Positions 1 to 9,855 of a DNA stretch of 64,000 bases are shown in pieces. The DNA is taken from assembly GCA_964592405.1 (NCBI GenBank), contig CAZQBY010000001.1, positions 78,737 to 142,736 on the forward strand, read 5' to 3'. The stretch's first letter is position 1; each line of letters starts with the position of its first letter. The position numbers and the translations under genes were made by a program. The DNA comes from an uncultured archaeon. Lineage in GTDB: Archaea > Altiarchaeota > Altiarchaeia > JAFGQM01. The notes beneath the pieces were generated by a model. The model did not search any database. It was given only the letters and a program-made list of their open reading frames with translations, and was not told where the DNA came from.

Positions 1-358
1 GTCTCTGGAGGGAAAGAGCGGCATTCATCCATGGCAGTAGCTTATCCCTGTGCGTTCCCCTGCTCCGCACAAGCGCCTGTGCAACCTGCATGGCAGTCGG
101 TTTATAGGGATGCCCTTTTAATTCCCTGAGCAGGGCGCGTGCCATCTTCTTTGTGGGAAGCCTTTTGTGTCGCGGATTGCGGGCTTCAATCAACCTTATC
201 TCCTCTGTAAGCTCTTTCTCGATATCCTCGGGGAGTGGCTCTTTCTTGACAGGTTTGGACATATCCCTAGCAAAGCTTCCGAGCCTTTTCCTGCTCATTC
301 CAAGGGCTTCTCTGAAAGATGGGTGTCTCGGTGGCTTTGCATTCTTCTTGGAAGCCAT
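1..358 (-). CDS. Basic hypothetical protein, truncated by the window edge
   Basis: Read by hand: ATG at 358, MASKKNAKPPRHPSFREALGMSRKRL..., frame open to position 1. Not in the ORF track. Confidence 0.65.
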   Translation of the reverse strand, partial: MASKKNAKPPRHPSFREALGMSRKRLGSFARDMSKPVKKEPLPEDIEKELTEEIRLIEARNPRHKRLPTKKMARALLRELKGHPYKPTAMQVAQALVRSRGTHRDKLLPWMNAALSLQR

Positions 359-414
359 ACCTAAAGTTAAGCCTTAAAAGAATAAAATAGCCTTTCTCGC
401 GTCTGTAGTGTAAC

Positions 415-519
415 TTACCCCACGAACCTTGTCCAGAGCGCCCACGCGAACAGGACTATAGCTACCGCGAACAGCAGTATCAGCATCGCCCCGGCTGTGG
501 CACTGACCTTTTTGCCCAT
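415..519 (-). CDS. 34-aa single-pass membrane micropeptide
   Basis: Hand translation MGKKVSATAGAMLILLFAVAIVLFAWALWTRFVG*: basic N-terminus plus hydrophobic helix, co-oriented 23 bp after the aldolase stop. Confidence 0.55.
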   Translation of the reverse strand: MGKKVSATAGAMLILLFAVAIVLFAWALWTRFVG

Positions 520-542
520 TTTGTCAAAGAGTGCATAACCTC

Positions 543-1493
543 CTATTTGGCACCCTTTTCATAGATAGCCATGGCTTCATCTACGCTCTTTCCGTGCAGG
601 GTGATGGCCGAGATGGCATTGCACATGGCGACTGCTTCATTCAGCGGCTTCTGGTGGATGTTGCGTCCGGTCGCGTTGCCCCAGGCCCCGCTGATGTATA
701 TCTGGTCGTGCAATCGCTGCAGGAATTTTCTGACATCAGTTGAGGAGCCTCCGGCACAGACAACCTTGGTCCTGCCTGCCGCAGCTACCGCCTCCTTCAT
801 TATCTCTGCGCTGTTGGCACCTTCTTTCTTGGGGTAATTGACCTTGACAAAGTCTGCTCCCAGACAAGCACCCACACCGGTCGCTCCTGCAATCAGATGC
901 GGGTCCTTTTCATCCGGCACTGCCTTGCCGCGGGGATATATCCAAAGAACCACCACCAGCCCGTTCTTGTGGGCATCATAGACTATGTTGGCAGCCTGCT
1001 GGAGCATATCCTTCTCAAACTCACTGCCCAGATAAATCGTGTAGCCCACACCCACAATCTTCAGCCCGCTGTTCCTCTTGAACTCCACTATCTTATCCAC
1101 GCTGAGCCACTGGTTACTGAAGGGATCCATTTGTTCAGTCTTCACTAAATTGGTCTTTGAGTTCAGCTTTACCAGATATGTTACGTCCCTATAATCCAAG
1201 CCATATCTGGCAATAAGCCCCAGCTGTGTGGCAAACACACCGATTTCACCTTGGGAAGCTATCCTAAAGAGATGCTCTGGATCCGCATCGTCTTCGGCAA
1301 TGCCCTCGCCGTAGAAATCGTTATTCAGATGTTCGACCTTCTGGTCTCCTGCAAACAGCATGAGCCTCCCGGTTCCCTTTGTTATCTCAAGATAGTTCTT
1401 GATATACTCTTCTCTGGCATCCTCCGGCACCCCTGCAGGCACCTTGACATCCTTGGCAGAAATACTAAGGTCCATTTTTAATTTAGGAAACAT
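543..1493 (-). CDS. Class I fructose-bisphosphate aldolase (DhnA family); likely start at 1475
   Basis: DhnA-type motifs AGDQKVEH, GYTIYLGSE, LWIYPRG, GADFVKVNYP (Schiff-base Lys), AGGS, GRNIHQ. Confidence 0.9.
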   Translation of the reverse strand: MFPKLKMDLSISAKDVKVPAGVPEDAREEYIKNYLEITKGTGRLMLFAGDQKVEHLNNDFYGEGIAEDDADPEHLFRIASQGEIGVFATQLGLIARYGLDYRDVTYLVKLNSKTNLVKTEQMDPFSNQWLSVDKIVEFKRNSGLKIVGVGYTIYLGSEFEKDMLQQAANIVYDAHKNGLVVVLWIYPRGKAVPDEKDPHLIAGATGVGACLGADFVKVNYPKKEGANSAEIMKEAVAAAGRTKVVCAGGSSTDVRKFLQRLHDQIYISGAWGNATGRNIHQKPLNEAVAMCNAISAITLHGKSVDEAMAIYEKGAK

Positions 1494-1542
1494 TAACTAG
1501 TCTGATTATAAAAATTCTTTGAAAAAATATGAAAAACTAAAA

Positions 1543-2433
1543 ATGGAAAGAAAAAGCCTTGAGCAATCCATAGCCTGGATGAATCCCAATCTCCAGGAGA
1601 TCATCCTAAGGATAGCTACAGTATCCGCGGAGATGCGTCTTGACTTTCCTGGCAAGAGGGGTGCGGCGGAGACCAAGAACGTCTATGGCGAAACGCAGCA
1701 GAAACTGGATGTCTGGGCGGATAAGGTGCTGACCAAGGAGCTACTTGCCACAGGTAAAGTGCGTGCAATAGTGTCTGAGGAGAGAGAAAAGCCGACAATG
1801 GGAAGTGGGAACTATGTGATTACCATGGACCCGCTGGACGGCTCCTCTAATATAAAGAGCAACAATATCTTTGGGACAATAATAGGCATACACAATCAGC
1901 CGGAAATACTGACAGAGGGAAAAAACCAGATAGTCGCCTTCTACGTCATGTACGGCCCGCTGACCAGCATTGTTATGGCAACAGAAAAGGGTGTCAATGA
2001 GTATGACTATGACGAGAGGGCCGGGAGGTATTATCTGGTGAAGGAGAACATAACATTGCCCGAGGAGGGCAAGCTCTATAGTGCAGGTGGTGGCAATGAT
2101 GGCTGGGATCCAAAATTCTCCAACTTCATAGGTAGCTTGGTTGCGCGCAAGGTGAAACTGCGCTATGGGGGCTCCTTTGTGGGTGACGTCAATCAGGTGT
2201 TGAACTATGGGGGGATATTCTGCTATCCTGCGACCAGTAAAAAGCCAAAGGGCAAGCTCAGACTGGTCATCGAGTGCAATCCGATGGCGTTCATCATGAC
2301 TAGGGCAGGTGGGGCGGCAAGTGACGGAAAAAAACCAATATTGGATATTCAGCCAGAGGATATAACCCAGCGGACACCCATATATATAGGCAACAGGGAT
2401 TTTGTTGAGGAGCTAGAGAAAGCACTGAAGTGA
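1543..2433 (+). CDS. fbp: Class I fructose-1,6-bisphosphatase
   Basis: GETQQKLDV, SEE, DPLDGSSN, LRYGGSFVGDV, GKLRLVIECNP; divergent from the aldolase. Confidence 0.93.
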   Translation: MERKSLEQSIAWMNPNLQEIILRIATVSAEMRLDFPGKRGAAETKNVYGETQQKLDVWADKVLTKELLATGKVRAIVSEEREKPTMGSGNYVITMDPLDGSSNIKSNNIFGTIIGIHNQPEILTEGKNQIVAFYVMYGPLTSIVMATEKGVNEYDYDERAGRYYLVKENITLPEEGKLYSAGGGNDGWDPKFSNFIGSLVARKVKLRYGGSFVGDVNQVLNYGGIFCYPATSKKPKGKLRLVIECNPMAFIMTRAGGAASDGKKPILDIQPEDITQRTPIYIGNRDFVEELEKALK

Positions 2434-2443
2434 GCAATCAAAG

Positions 2444-3283
2444 ATGGCAAAACTTGAGATTCCGGAGATTCTCATGAAGTACGGGGAGATGCCTCCGGCC
2501 ATGCAGAGGGCTGTGGAATTCGCCCTGAGCGGTCGCGGGCACCCATCCGAATCCGCATTCCTTTACCCGCTTGAAAAGGGTCTGGAGTCCGGAGAGTTTG
2601 GAGTCGATTCAATGTGGTTGGGGGAGGACTTTGCCTTTGGCGTTGTAAACTATCGCACTGGGGATTTGGAAGGTGTCAATACCCTCCCGCGATGGCATAA
2701 GGCCCATTCAGAACCCTGGTTTGAACGAAGCCGGATACTCCTCAACAGATACAAGGCGGAGGAGCTTGGCCTGTATGAGTCATATCTGGATCTCTTTGTC
2801 AGAGGCAGAAAACATCTTTGGAGGGAAGACAAGAGGGTGCTTACAAGAAAGGAGGCCTATGAGGGCCTTGGAGCTGAATTACTGGAAAGGGCCGTTCTGA
2901 CGCCAGCTGAACAGACCGCTAGGATAAGAGAGATTACTGGATATCTGAGAACCGTCCGCCCGGAAAAGCACACTGGAGGCAGTAAGGCCTATGCTCTCCA
3001 GAGACGCCTGCTGAACCTGCTGGAACAGGATCCCAGATTTCAGAAGAGATTTGCGGGAGTCCCGATAATCACGGTTCGCAGGCAGACCGGAGCGGTTATA
3101 ATGCAGCCAAAATCAGAGTCCTTGGATCCAAAGATCAATGAGTATACAATCCTTACCGGCGATGCAATAGTCAATGACCAGACACAGCTAACCGCACCCC
3201 AGCTGGAGGTGCACACTGCAGCCCTAAAACAGTTCCTTTTAATACAGCAGAGAAAGATAAAGAGAAACAAACCAAAGAAATGA
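2444..3283 (+). CDS. Hypothetical protein with basic C-terminus
   Basis: 279-aa ORF starting 10 bp after fbp; no recognised motif. Confidence 0.7.
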   Translation: MAKLEIPEILMKYGEMPPAMQRAVEFALSGRGHPSESAFLYPLEKGLESGEFGVDSMWLGEDFAFGVVNYRTGDLEGVNTLPRWHKAHSEPWFERSRILLNRYKAEELGLYESYLDLFVRGRKHLWREDKRVLTRKEAYEGLGAELLERAVLTPAEQTARIREITGYLRTVRPEKHTGGSKAYALQRRLLNLLEQDPRFQKRFAGVPIITVRRQTGAVIMQPKSESLDPKINEYTILTGDAIVNDQTQLTAPQLEVHTAALKQFLLIQQRKIKRNKPKK

Positions 3284-3339
3284 GGTACTGTTTATTGCAA
3301 ATGCAAATGTCAATATTGCAAATGCCAATAAGCGTGAGT

Positions 3340-3360
3340 GCGGTCCCGCAAAGGGACCGC
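3340..3360. terminator. GC hairpin between convergent genes
   Basis: GCGGTCCC-GCAAA-GGGACCGC, perfect 8-bp stem. Confidence 0.55.
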
Positions 3361-3371
3361 CTCAACCTCCC

Positions 3372-3614
3372 TTACAGTCCGCCTCCTACTTTTACCCCGT
3401 AGCCGGGCCGGAACCCAGCCTGGGATAAAGATGAATCTGCACAGGACTTGCACAATCCGTGCTGGCTCCCACAGTTACAACAGAAATCAGAGTGGCAGTT
3501 CTTGCATCTGTCCGCATACGGCTCGTTGATTTCCATGACTCTTCCGCAGACCTCACAGACTCTTGTCTTGCACCGGATCCAGACGAGAGAGACCATTTCA
3601 GAACACACTGTCAT
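3372..3614 (-). CDS. Small Cys-rich zinc-finger-like protein
   Basis: Four CxxC pairs: CEVC, CKNC, CCNC, CKSC. Confidence 0.6.
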   Translation of the reverse strand: MTVCSEMVSLVWIRCKTRVCEVCGRVMEINEPYADRCKNCHSDFCCNCGSQHGLCKSCADSSLSQAGFRPGYGVKVGGGL

Positions 3615-3691
3615 ATATACGGGTTTAAACGTGTTATAGTTTCTGCCGGAAAAATTTTGGAGACCTGAATAATATTACTTTTTGGAAATAA

Positions 3692-4012
3692 TCAACACCG
3701 GACGCAGGACGGTCTAGCCTTCTCTATAGCTTCCCTGAGAATGCCGTCCAGATATTCTTTGAATCTCTTGCCCGGCTCTTTAACCTCTTTGTAGTCGGAG
3801 CCCCTTCTGTAAAAACTTATAGAGGCGACTTGTGCTATGCTCGAAGCAGGTGGCCGATATAGTGAGATTTGAACAGCCATGTCTCTGAACTCATCGGGAA
3901 GATAAGGATATGACAGTAAAAGGCTCTTGGTTATCGGATCGTATTTGAAACCATGCTCCTTCAGTGCCTTTATATAAGCCTCACCATTCACGTATTTGCC
4001 TATGCTATCCAT
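3692..4012 (-). CDS. Hypothetical protein
   Basis: 106-aa ORF filling the gap, co-oriented with its neighbours. Confidence 0.6.
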   Translation of the reverse strand: MDSIGKYVNGEAYIKALKEHGFKYDPITKSLLLSYPYLPDEFRDMAVQISLYRPPASSIAQVASISFYRRGSDYKEVKEPGKRFKEYLDGILREAIEKARPSCVRC

Positions 4013-4125
4013 TTTTATCCAGACTGAGCTAACGCTAATCTGTTTTGATGCCCCCAGCGGGCTGAGGCTTTATTTGACTGTTCGGGTATAAAAATATGAG
4101 CGGTGCTCCCACTCTGCATGGGCCT

Positions 4126-5013
4126 TTAGATCAGGAGAAGGGAAACCAGAAAACCGCCTATTGACAGCCCTATTATAGGGGGCAGGGCGGGCAGTGCCAC
4201 CCTCCTAATCTGTGTGACATAATATATGGTCAGCCCAAGACCGATGGTTGCCCCGACAACTGCCCCGAGGACAGGCAGCCAGTTTCGGAAGGTCCGGAGT
4301 ATAGAAACGAAGAATATCAGCGGTATTGCAATATCTCCTGTCCCCAGCCCCAGAACATCCTTTCCTTTTTTGACACCTCTCCGTGCTCCGGTCTTGATGC
4401 CCTTGGATGGTGTTTCGAACATCACAGGTATCTCCCTCAGACGTGACTGGTCTGCCAGTTTTATCATATGCCCGGTCTTGAAGACGGCTATGATATCATA
4501 CGTGCCAAGCGCTACTACAAGGAGGAGTGATGGCAGAAATCCCATGAATGAGCCGAGTGTCCCACCAGCCCCTGCGATTGCTATGGCAAGGGTTATGTTC
4601 TTGACGGCAAAGGTGCGCCTGATGAACCTCACGGCTACTGTAAGAGCAGAAACTATGATGACCCCTGCCATATACTGCTCCTGCGTCACAAATGGGATGG
4701 TCTTGAGAATGTCGAACAGGACGAACTGCCAGACCATAAAGGAACCAATGAACACAATATAGATCTCAAGAAACAAAAACAACAGCCTTCCCCTATAGAA
4801 TCTAAGAACCAGCAACAGAACCACTGTGCTGACAAGCACAACTGCCAGTATATACAGACTCCCAGCCGGGTCATCAACACTGCCACCGGTCAGCGGATTG
4901 GTCTCACCCACCTCTGGAATGAGGTTATACCCGACATAGAGCCCCAAGATTGTAGAAAACAGGAATATTGAGACAAAGAAAAGTGTTTTATCTCCTGATA
5001 ACACATGATTCAT
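4126..5013 (-). CDS. Presenilin/signal-peptide-peptidase family GxGD intramembrane aspartyl protease
   Basis: Multi-TM protein with YDIIAV, LGTGD and PALP motifs; ATGA overlap with the MCM stop. Confidence 0.92.
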   Translation of the reverse strand: MNHVLSGDKTLFFVSIFLFSTILGLYVGYNLIPEVGETNPLTGGSVDDPAGSLYILAVVLVSTVVLLLVLRFYRGRLLFLFLEIYIVFIGSFMVWQFVLFDILKTIPFVTQEQYMAGVIIVSALTVAVRFIRRTFAVKNITLAIAIAGAGGTLGSFMGFLPSLLLVVALGTYDIIAVFKTGHMIKLADQSRLREIPVMFETPSKGIKTGARRGVKKGKDVLGLGTGDIAIPLIFFVSILRTFRNWLPVLGAVVGATIGLGLTIYYVTQIRRVALPALPPIIGLSIGGFLVSLLLI

Positions 5014-7088
5014 CCTCTGCTCACAGTCTTCAGATATCCATGCCTGGGCTCATAGAGATCTCCCTTGTTTATGAGCTCATTTATCAGCTTTTCTGATGTC
5101 TTCCTATCTATATTGTGGTATTCCTCCGCCTCATCCAAAATGCGGGCCAAAGGCACCATGTCGTATTCCTCCTCAAGGCCCTTGACAATCCCGGTTATTG
5201 CGTATATCTTATCGCGCTCTGACTTCGGGTGTTCGGCGACAATTCTGTCTATGTCAAATACGCCTGCTTCCTTCTCCATGCCAACCTCCCTCAGCACAAA
5301 TTCCACCAAACGTATTGCCCTCTCAGCATCTGACATTTCAACCCGGTTCCTCAGGTGGAGCTTGGCAGAGGCTTCAGCCAGTCTTACCAGACCCTCCAGC
5401 TGTCTGGGTGTCAGGGGGACACTTCCCCCACTGCCGCGCTTTCTCAGATCGACATAATACTCCTGCAGCTTCCTTATGGCCTCGTCAGTCAGAACCGGAT
5501 GACAGTTTCTTCTGCTGTATGCAATATACTTTTTCAGCAGTTCCGGATCTATTGGGGGAGCCTGTTTTTCGATATCCTCTCTCATCTCCTCTCTGGAGGA
5601 GCTGGCTATCTGCTGCGAGAGCTTGTGTCTGCTGAGTATGTGGCTGGCAAGTTCCCTGTCCCTTGTTTCATCCAATACATCCTTAACCGGGAATATCAGG
5701 TCAAATCTTGATATCAGGGTGGGAGGTATGTCAAACTGTTCTGCCGGAGTTTTATATGGATCGAAGCGGGAGTATTTTGGGTTGGCTGCAGCCAGCACAG
5801 CACTCTCCGACTTGAAGGTAGCAATGATTCCCGCCTTGGCCACACTTACCGTCTGCTGCTCCAGTGCTTCATGGATGGCAGAGCGGTCTTCCTCACTCAT
5901 CTTGTCGAACTCGTCAATACATGCCAGCCCGCCGCTGGCCAGCACCAAGGCACCTGCCTTCAGGACCCAGCCGCCCTCACCAAACTCATCCTTTTCTGCT
6001 ATGGCAGTCAGACCTCCACCAGTAGCCGACTTGCCAGAAACATAAAGCGATTTGGGTGCCAGGCGGTCAACATATTTCAGCATCTGCGATTTAGCTGTTC
6101 CGGGATCGCCTATCAGGAGTATGTGGATATTGTCTCTGATCTTCATTCCATCAGGAAGCCGCTTGTTGGGGGTTCCTCCACACAGCTGGAGAGCTATAGC
6201 CTCCTTCACTTCAGTATGGCCATATATAGAGGGGGCGATTGATGCTATGAACTTGTCAACAATCTTTGGATCCTTGGCGAGCTTCTTTATCTCCTTCTCC
6301 TCTTCCCCACTTATCTCAAGCTCTTCGAATTCCTGCTCGGTGAAGGATATGCTGTTGGCCTCGATAAACTTCTGGTAGACTGTACCTTTGGTCTTGGGAG
6401 CCTCCATCCGGAGGATGCCTGCAATGATTATCCTCTGGCCCGGCAGAACCTTGTTGGTTAGATCATCCTCCAGCCAGACACTTATCCTCTTGGCCTGCTC
6501 ACCTCCTTTGAGTATCTCCAGTGGCTCTTGGACCTCTATCTTCTGGAAGTCGATGAATTTGGACTTCTCCACCACAAGGTCGAACTCTTTCCTGCCGCAC
6601 TGGTCACACGCTATGGGCGTCTTCAGGACCCTCTCCACTTGGATGGAACCGACCTCGGCCTTGCACCTCTTGCACATAAACACACCCTTCCAGACACGTG
6701 GCAGGACGTCTGTAACCTTTGTGACCAGACCCTGTACTGCGAAGAACTGGCCAAGATAATGGGAGGTACAGTCCCTGACCATTATCTCTCTCTCTGAGGG
6801 CAGGTTACAAAAGCGCACGGATATCCGCGGATCGTCATCAGCCTTGGAGAAGGTTATGTGTTTTTTTTCCTTTTCCAGTGCCCTGTTGAATTCAGCAATG
6901 ACCTCATCCGGGCTGTTCAGCAGACGATCGCTCAGCAGTGGAGAGAACTCCTGCAGCTCCTGAAAATCTATCAAAACCGATTGTTTCTTTGGGTAGAGCT
7001 CTCCTATCAGATTCAGCTCATCCCTGCAGTGCTCAGTCAGGAAAGCCTCGATGTCGTTCCATTCAATTTCGCTGGCCTCTTCCGGCAT
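5010..7088 (-). CDS. mcm: MCM replicative helicase
   Basis: Zn finger CKRC..CDQC, Walker A GDPGTAKS, IDEFDKM, SRFD arginine finger, C-terminal wHTH. Confidence 0.98.
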   Translation of the reverse strand: MPEEASEIEWNDIEAFLTEHCRDELNLIGELYPKKQSVLIDFQELQEFSPLLSDRLLNSPDEVIAEFNRALEKEKKHITFSKADDDPRISVRFCNLPSEREIMVRDCTSHYLGQFFAVQGLVTKVTDVLPRVWKGVFMCKRCKAEVGSIQVERVLKTPIACDQCGRKEFDLVVEKSKFIDFQKIEVQEPLEILKGGEQAKRISVWLEDDLTNKVLPGQRIIIAGILRMEAPKTKGTVYQKFIEANSISFTEQEFEELEISGEEEKEIKKLAKDPKIVDKFIASIAPSIYGHTEVKEAIALQLCGGTPNKRLPDGMKIRDNIHILLIGDPGTAKSQMLKYVDRLAPKSLYVSGKSATGGGLTAIAEKDEFGEGGWVLKAGALVLASGGLACIDEFDKMSEEDRSAIHEALEQQTVSVAKAGIIATFKSESAVLAAANPKYSRFDPYKTPAEQFDIPPTLISRFDLIFPVKDVLDETRDRELASHILSRHKLSQQIASSSREEMREDIEKQAPPIDPELLKKYIAYSRRNCHPVLTDEAIRKLQEYYVDLRKRGSGGSVPLTPRQLEGLVRLAEASAKLHLRNRVEMSDAERAIRLVEFVLREVGMEKEAGVFDIDRIVAEHPKSERDKIYAITGIVKGLEEEYDMVPLARILDEAEEYHNIDRKTSEKLINELINKGDLYEPRHGYLKTVSRG

Positions 7089-7196
7089 TTTAGAATCAGA
7101 TCTTGTCCTGCGGACCCCCCCAGACCTGGGGTTATCTTTGAAATATGGTATTAAAAAATGGATTGGTTTAAAATAGGAAATATATGACGGGCGGCC

Positions 7197-7751
7197 CTAT
7201 TCCATGACAGCTCCGACCTCCCTCAATGACTTGTCCACTTGGGCAATGGCCTTGTCGATGTTTTTCCATTCCTTGGCCCCCACTACATTGATTTTCCCAC
7301 TGGTGAAGACCAATGCAACGCATTTCGGGTCCCTGACGCGGAAGATGAGCCCGGGAAACTGTTCCGGTTCATACTCAACATTATCCAGTTCAGTGGCTGC
7401 AACGTCAATGTTCACCTCATAGCCAAGGTTTGCTGAGACTACAAGATTCTGAACCTTGCTTTCTATCTTTTTGATTTTGAGGCCACCCTCCTTGAACTTC
7501 TTCTCCAACTGCTTGACAATTATTGGTATCTCGTCCCAGTGGCGCGCGCCGGTGCAGTTGACCTTGCCCGAGGAGAATATGAGCGCGGACACCCTCGGCT
7601 CCTTCATGCGGTAAATCGCGCCTGGGAAGTGGTCGGGGTCGTATTCTATGTCCTTCGCCCTCCTGGCGAACTGCTCGAGGTTTATGCGCTGATCGATGGA
7701 TACAGAAACGACCAGGTTCTCGAGTTTTTTGTCCCATTTGACTTTTGCCAT
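7197..7751 (-). CDS. tbp: TATA-box binding protein
   Basis: Two TBP repeats (ENLVVS...YDPDHFPG...FSSGK; QNLVVS...YEPEQFPG...FTSGK). Confidence 0.97.
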   Translation of the reverse strand: MAKVKWDKKLENLVVSVSIDQRINLEQFARRAKDIEYDPDHFPGAIYRMKEPRVSALIFSSGKVNCTGARHWDEIPIIVKQLEKKFKEGGLKIKKIESKVQNLVVSANLGYEVNIDVAATELDNVEYEPEQFPGLIFRVRDPKCVALVFTSGKINVVGAKEWKNIDKAIAQVDKSLREVGAVME

Positions 7752-7902
7752 TTTTGACTCCTAGAAATATGCGTGTATAGAACAAGCTTTTTATAGAAAA
7801 CCGGGTCTTATTAGAAGGTTATGGTATAAAAAGGTTTTTATAGGCGATTACTGCCTACCTGTCCTGCGGCGCGGGCGCAGCCCGCCTGTGATTTGCCCCA
7901 AG

Positions 7903-8007
7903 TTAGCGCATTCTGCCGACCTTCACCAGTCTCAGTACTCCTCGTACTGGAGTTCTGCGATTGTCTCCCCCCTTGCGGGCATTTTTGATTCCCCTCCTCT
8001 TCGCCAT
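7903..8007 (-). CDS. Possible 34-aa basic micropeptide
   Basis: Hand translation MAKRRGIKNARKGGDNRRTPVRGVLRLVKVGRMR*, 13 bp after the stop of 8021..8284, with GTGAAG before the ATG. Confidence 0.35.
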   Translation of the reverse strand: MAKRRGIKNARKGGDNRRTPVRGVLRLVKVGRMR

Positions 8008-8020
8008 CTTCACTGGTAGG

Positions 8021-8284
8021 TCACAACAGCCTCCGCCTCCTCATCCGGGCCCTCTCCTTCATCTTCTGTATGCGGTTGCCGGCCCGGTTCCAGGACTGGC
8101 CGACGCCCTCGCCCTTGATATTGTTCCAGAAGGTCGAGCGGGTGCTGTTGGCCTGCTGGAGGGCCTGCACCCACGGCGGCGGGCTGTTCTCGTCGCTCTT
8201 GGGGACCGGCCTGACGTAATAAGCACGCGGGTCGCGGTTCTTCTTCTTCTTTTCGTCTCCGCCGAAGAGTCCTAGGAGGCCCAT
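8021..8284 (-). CDS. Small basic hypothetical protein
   Basis: 87 aa with Arg-rich C-terminus (RARMRRRRLL); divergent from the DHH gene. Confidence 0.6.
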   Translation of the reverse strand: MGLLGLFGGDEKKKKNRDPRAYYVRPVPKSDENSPPPWVQALQQANSTRSTFWNNIKGEGVGQSWNRAGNRIQKMKERARMRRRRLL

Positions 8285-8360
8285 GATAGACTTGAAGCTA
8301 GCAGGTTAAAAATCGGGGGTTAAACCCAACCTTTTCTTTATCCTATCTCTAAAACCTCGG

Positions 8361-9752
8361 ATGACCTTTGAGCAGTTTTACCAGAAGTGCAAGAGCATAG
8401 CAGACCAGCTCGTCAAAGAGAAGAGGCTGACAGTCGTGGGGCATTACGACGCCGACGGCCTTGCCTCCACAGCCATAATGGTCAAAGCCCTGCGCCGCGC
8501 AGGGGTGGAGGCCGACTTCATCAACACCCGCCAGATAGACTCGGACCACATAAAGGAGGTCAACGGCTTTGACCACCCAATAGTCTTCGTGGACATGGGG
8601 TCCGGCCAGATAGAGCTTTTGGAGAAGGAGATAAAAGGCAAGTTCTACATAGTAGACCATCATCCTCCTGTGAAAGAAACCCCCAACCAAATCAATCCAT
8701 TCCATCATGGCATCGACGGGACGCGGGAGCTGTCCGCAACCGGGGTGGCCTATTTTGTCTCTAAGACCATGGATGAGAGGAACAGGGACCTGTCCCAAGT
8801 GGGTGTTGTGGGGGCCGTCGGTGATATGCAGGACTTGCACGGCGGGCTTGTGGGTGCAAACCGCAGGATAATAAAAGATGCTGAGGAGCTCGGCCTCCTG
8901 AACGCACACAGAAACCTCACACTCTTCGGCCGGCACTCAAGGCCGCTCCCCAAGATGCTTGAATACTGCTCCGAGCCGATGCTCCCCGGTTTAACCGGCA
9001 ACTATGTGGCCTGCCTCAAGTTCATAGAGCAGCTGGGGATAGATGTAAGGGATCCACAGACCGGAAAGCCCAGATACTATGTGGACCTGAACCATGAGGA
9101 GAGGCAGAAGCTCACTACAGCGCTTTATATGCTTTTACTGGATCACAACGCCCCCAATCTGGTTACTGATATGCTCATTGGAGAGGTCTATGAGTTCCTC
9201 AAGGAAAAGCCCAGGACCGAGCTGCGTGATGCCAAGGAATTTGCCACCGTTCTCAATGCCTGCGGCCGGCACGAGGAAGGTGAGGTTGGCGTGGCTATCT
9301 GTATGGGTGAGCGGGGGGAGGCATGGTCCAAAGCCAAACGTCTTCTGGAGAAACACCGCAGGGATCTGCGCGCAGGTCTTGAGTGGGTCAGGTATAACGG
9401 AGTGAACGAGATGAAGAATATTTACTATTTCGACGCGAGTGGGGTTATAAAGGAAACGCTTGTCGGAGTCATTGCCGGTATGATTTATGGTTCTATGGAC
9501 GTCAGGACTGACAAACCCATAGTGGCCTTCGGTCTCACGGATGAGGGAGAGATGAAGATATCCGCGCGTGGCAACTATGATCTTGTGAGAAAGGGACTGA
9601 GGCTGGGCGAGGCCCTTGATGAGGCAACCAGACCGCTGGGAGGGGAAGGCGGCGGGCACAATGTCGCTGCCGGTGCCAAGATACCTCCCGAAAAAAGAGA
9701 GGAGTTCCTCCAGCGCATGGATGAGATTGTCGGGAAGCAGCTGAAGAAATAA
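8361..9752 (+). CDS. RecJ/Cdc45-like DHH phosphoesterase (archaeal)
   Basis: HYDADG, DMGSG, DHH, GAVGD and DHHA1 motif GGGHNVAAGA. Confidence 0.93.
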   Translation: MTFEQFYQKCKSIADQLVKEKRLTVVGHYDADGLASTAIMVKALRRAGVEADFINTRQIDSDHIKEVNGFDHPIVFVDMGSGQIELLEKEIKGKFYIVDHHPPVKETPNQINPFHHGIDGTRELSATGVAYFVSKTMDERNRDLSQVGVVGAVGDMQDLHGGLVGANRRIIKDAEELGLLNAHRNLTLFGRHSRPLPKMLEYCSEPMLPGLTGNYVACLKFIEQLGIDVRDPQTGKPRYYVDLNHEERQKLTTALYMLLLDHNAPNLVTDMLIGEVYEFLKEKPRTELRDAKEFATVLNACGRHEEGEVGVAICMGERGEAWSKAKRLLEKHRRDLRAGLEWVRYNGVNEMKNIYYFDASGVIKETLVGVIAGMIYGSMDVRTDKPIVAFGLTDEGEMKISARGNYDLVRKGLRLGEALDEATRPLGGEGGGHNVAAGAKIPPEKREEFLQRMDEIVGKQLKK

Positions 9753-9855
9753 AAACGTTTTTAAACGAGTTTATTCTATATTCCCGACTCTTTTGAGATT
9801 ATATTAAGAATAGGGCGGACTATCGCTCAAAAACATAAAACCGGATGTTTGGAAA

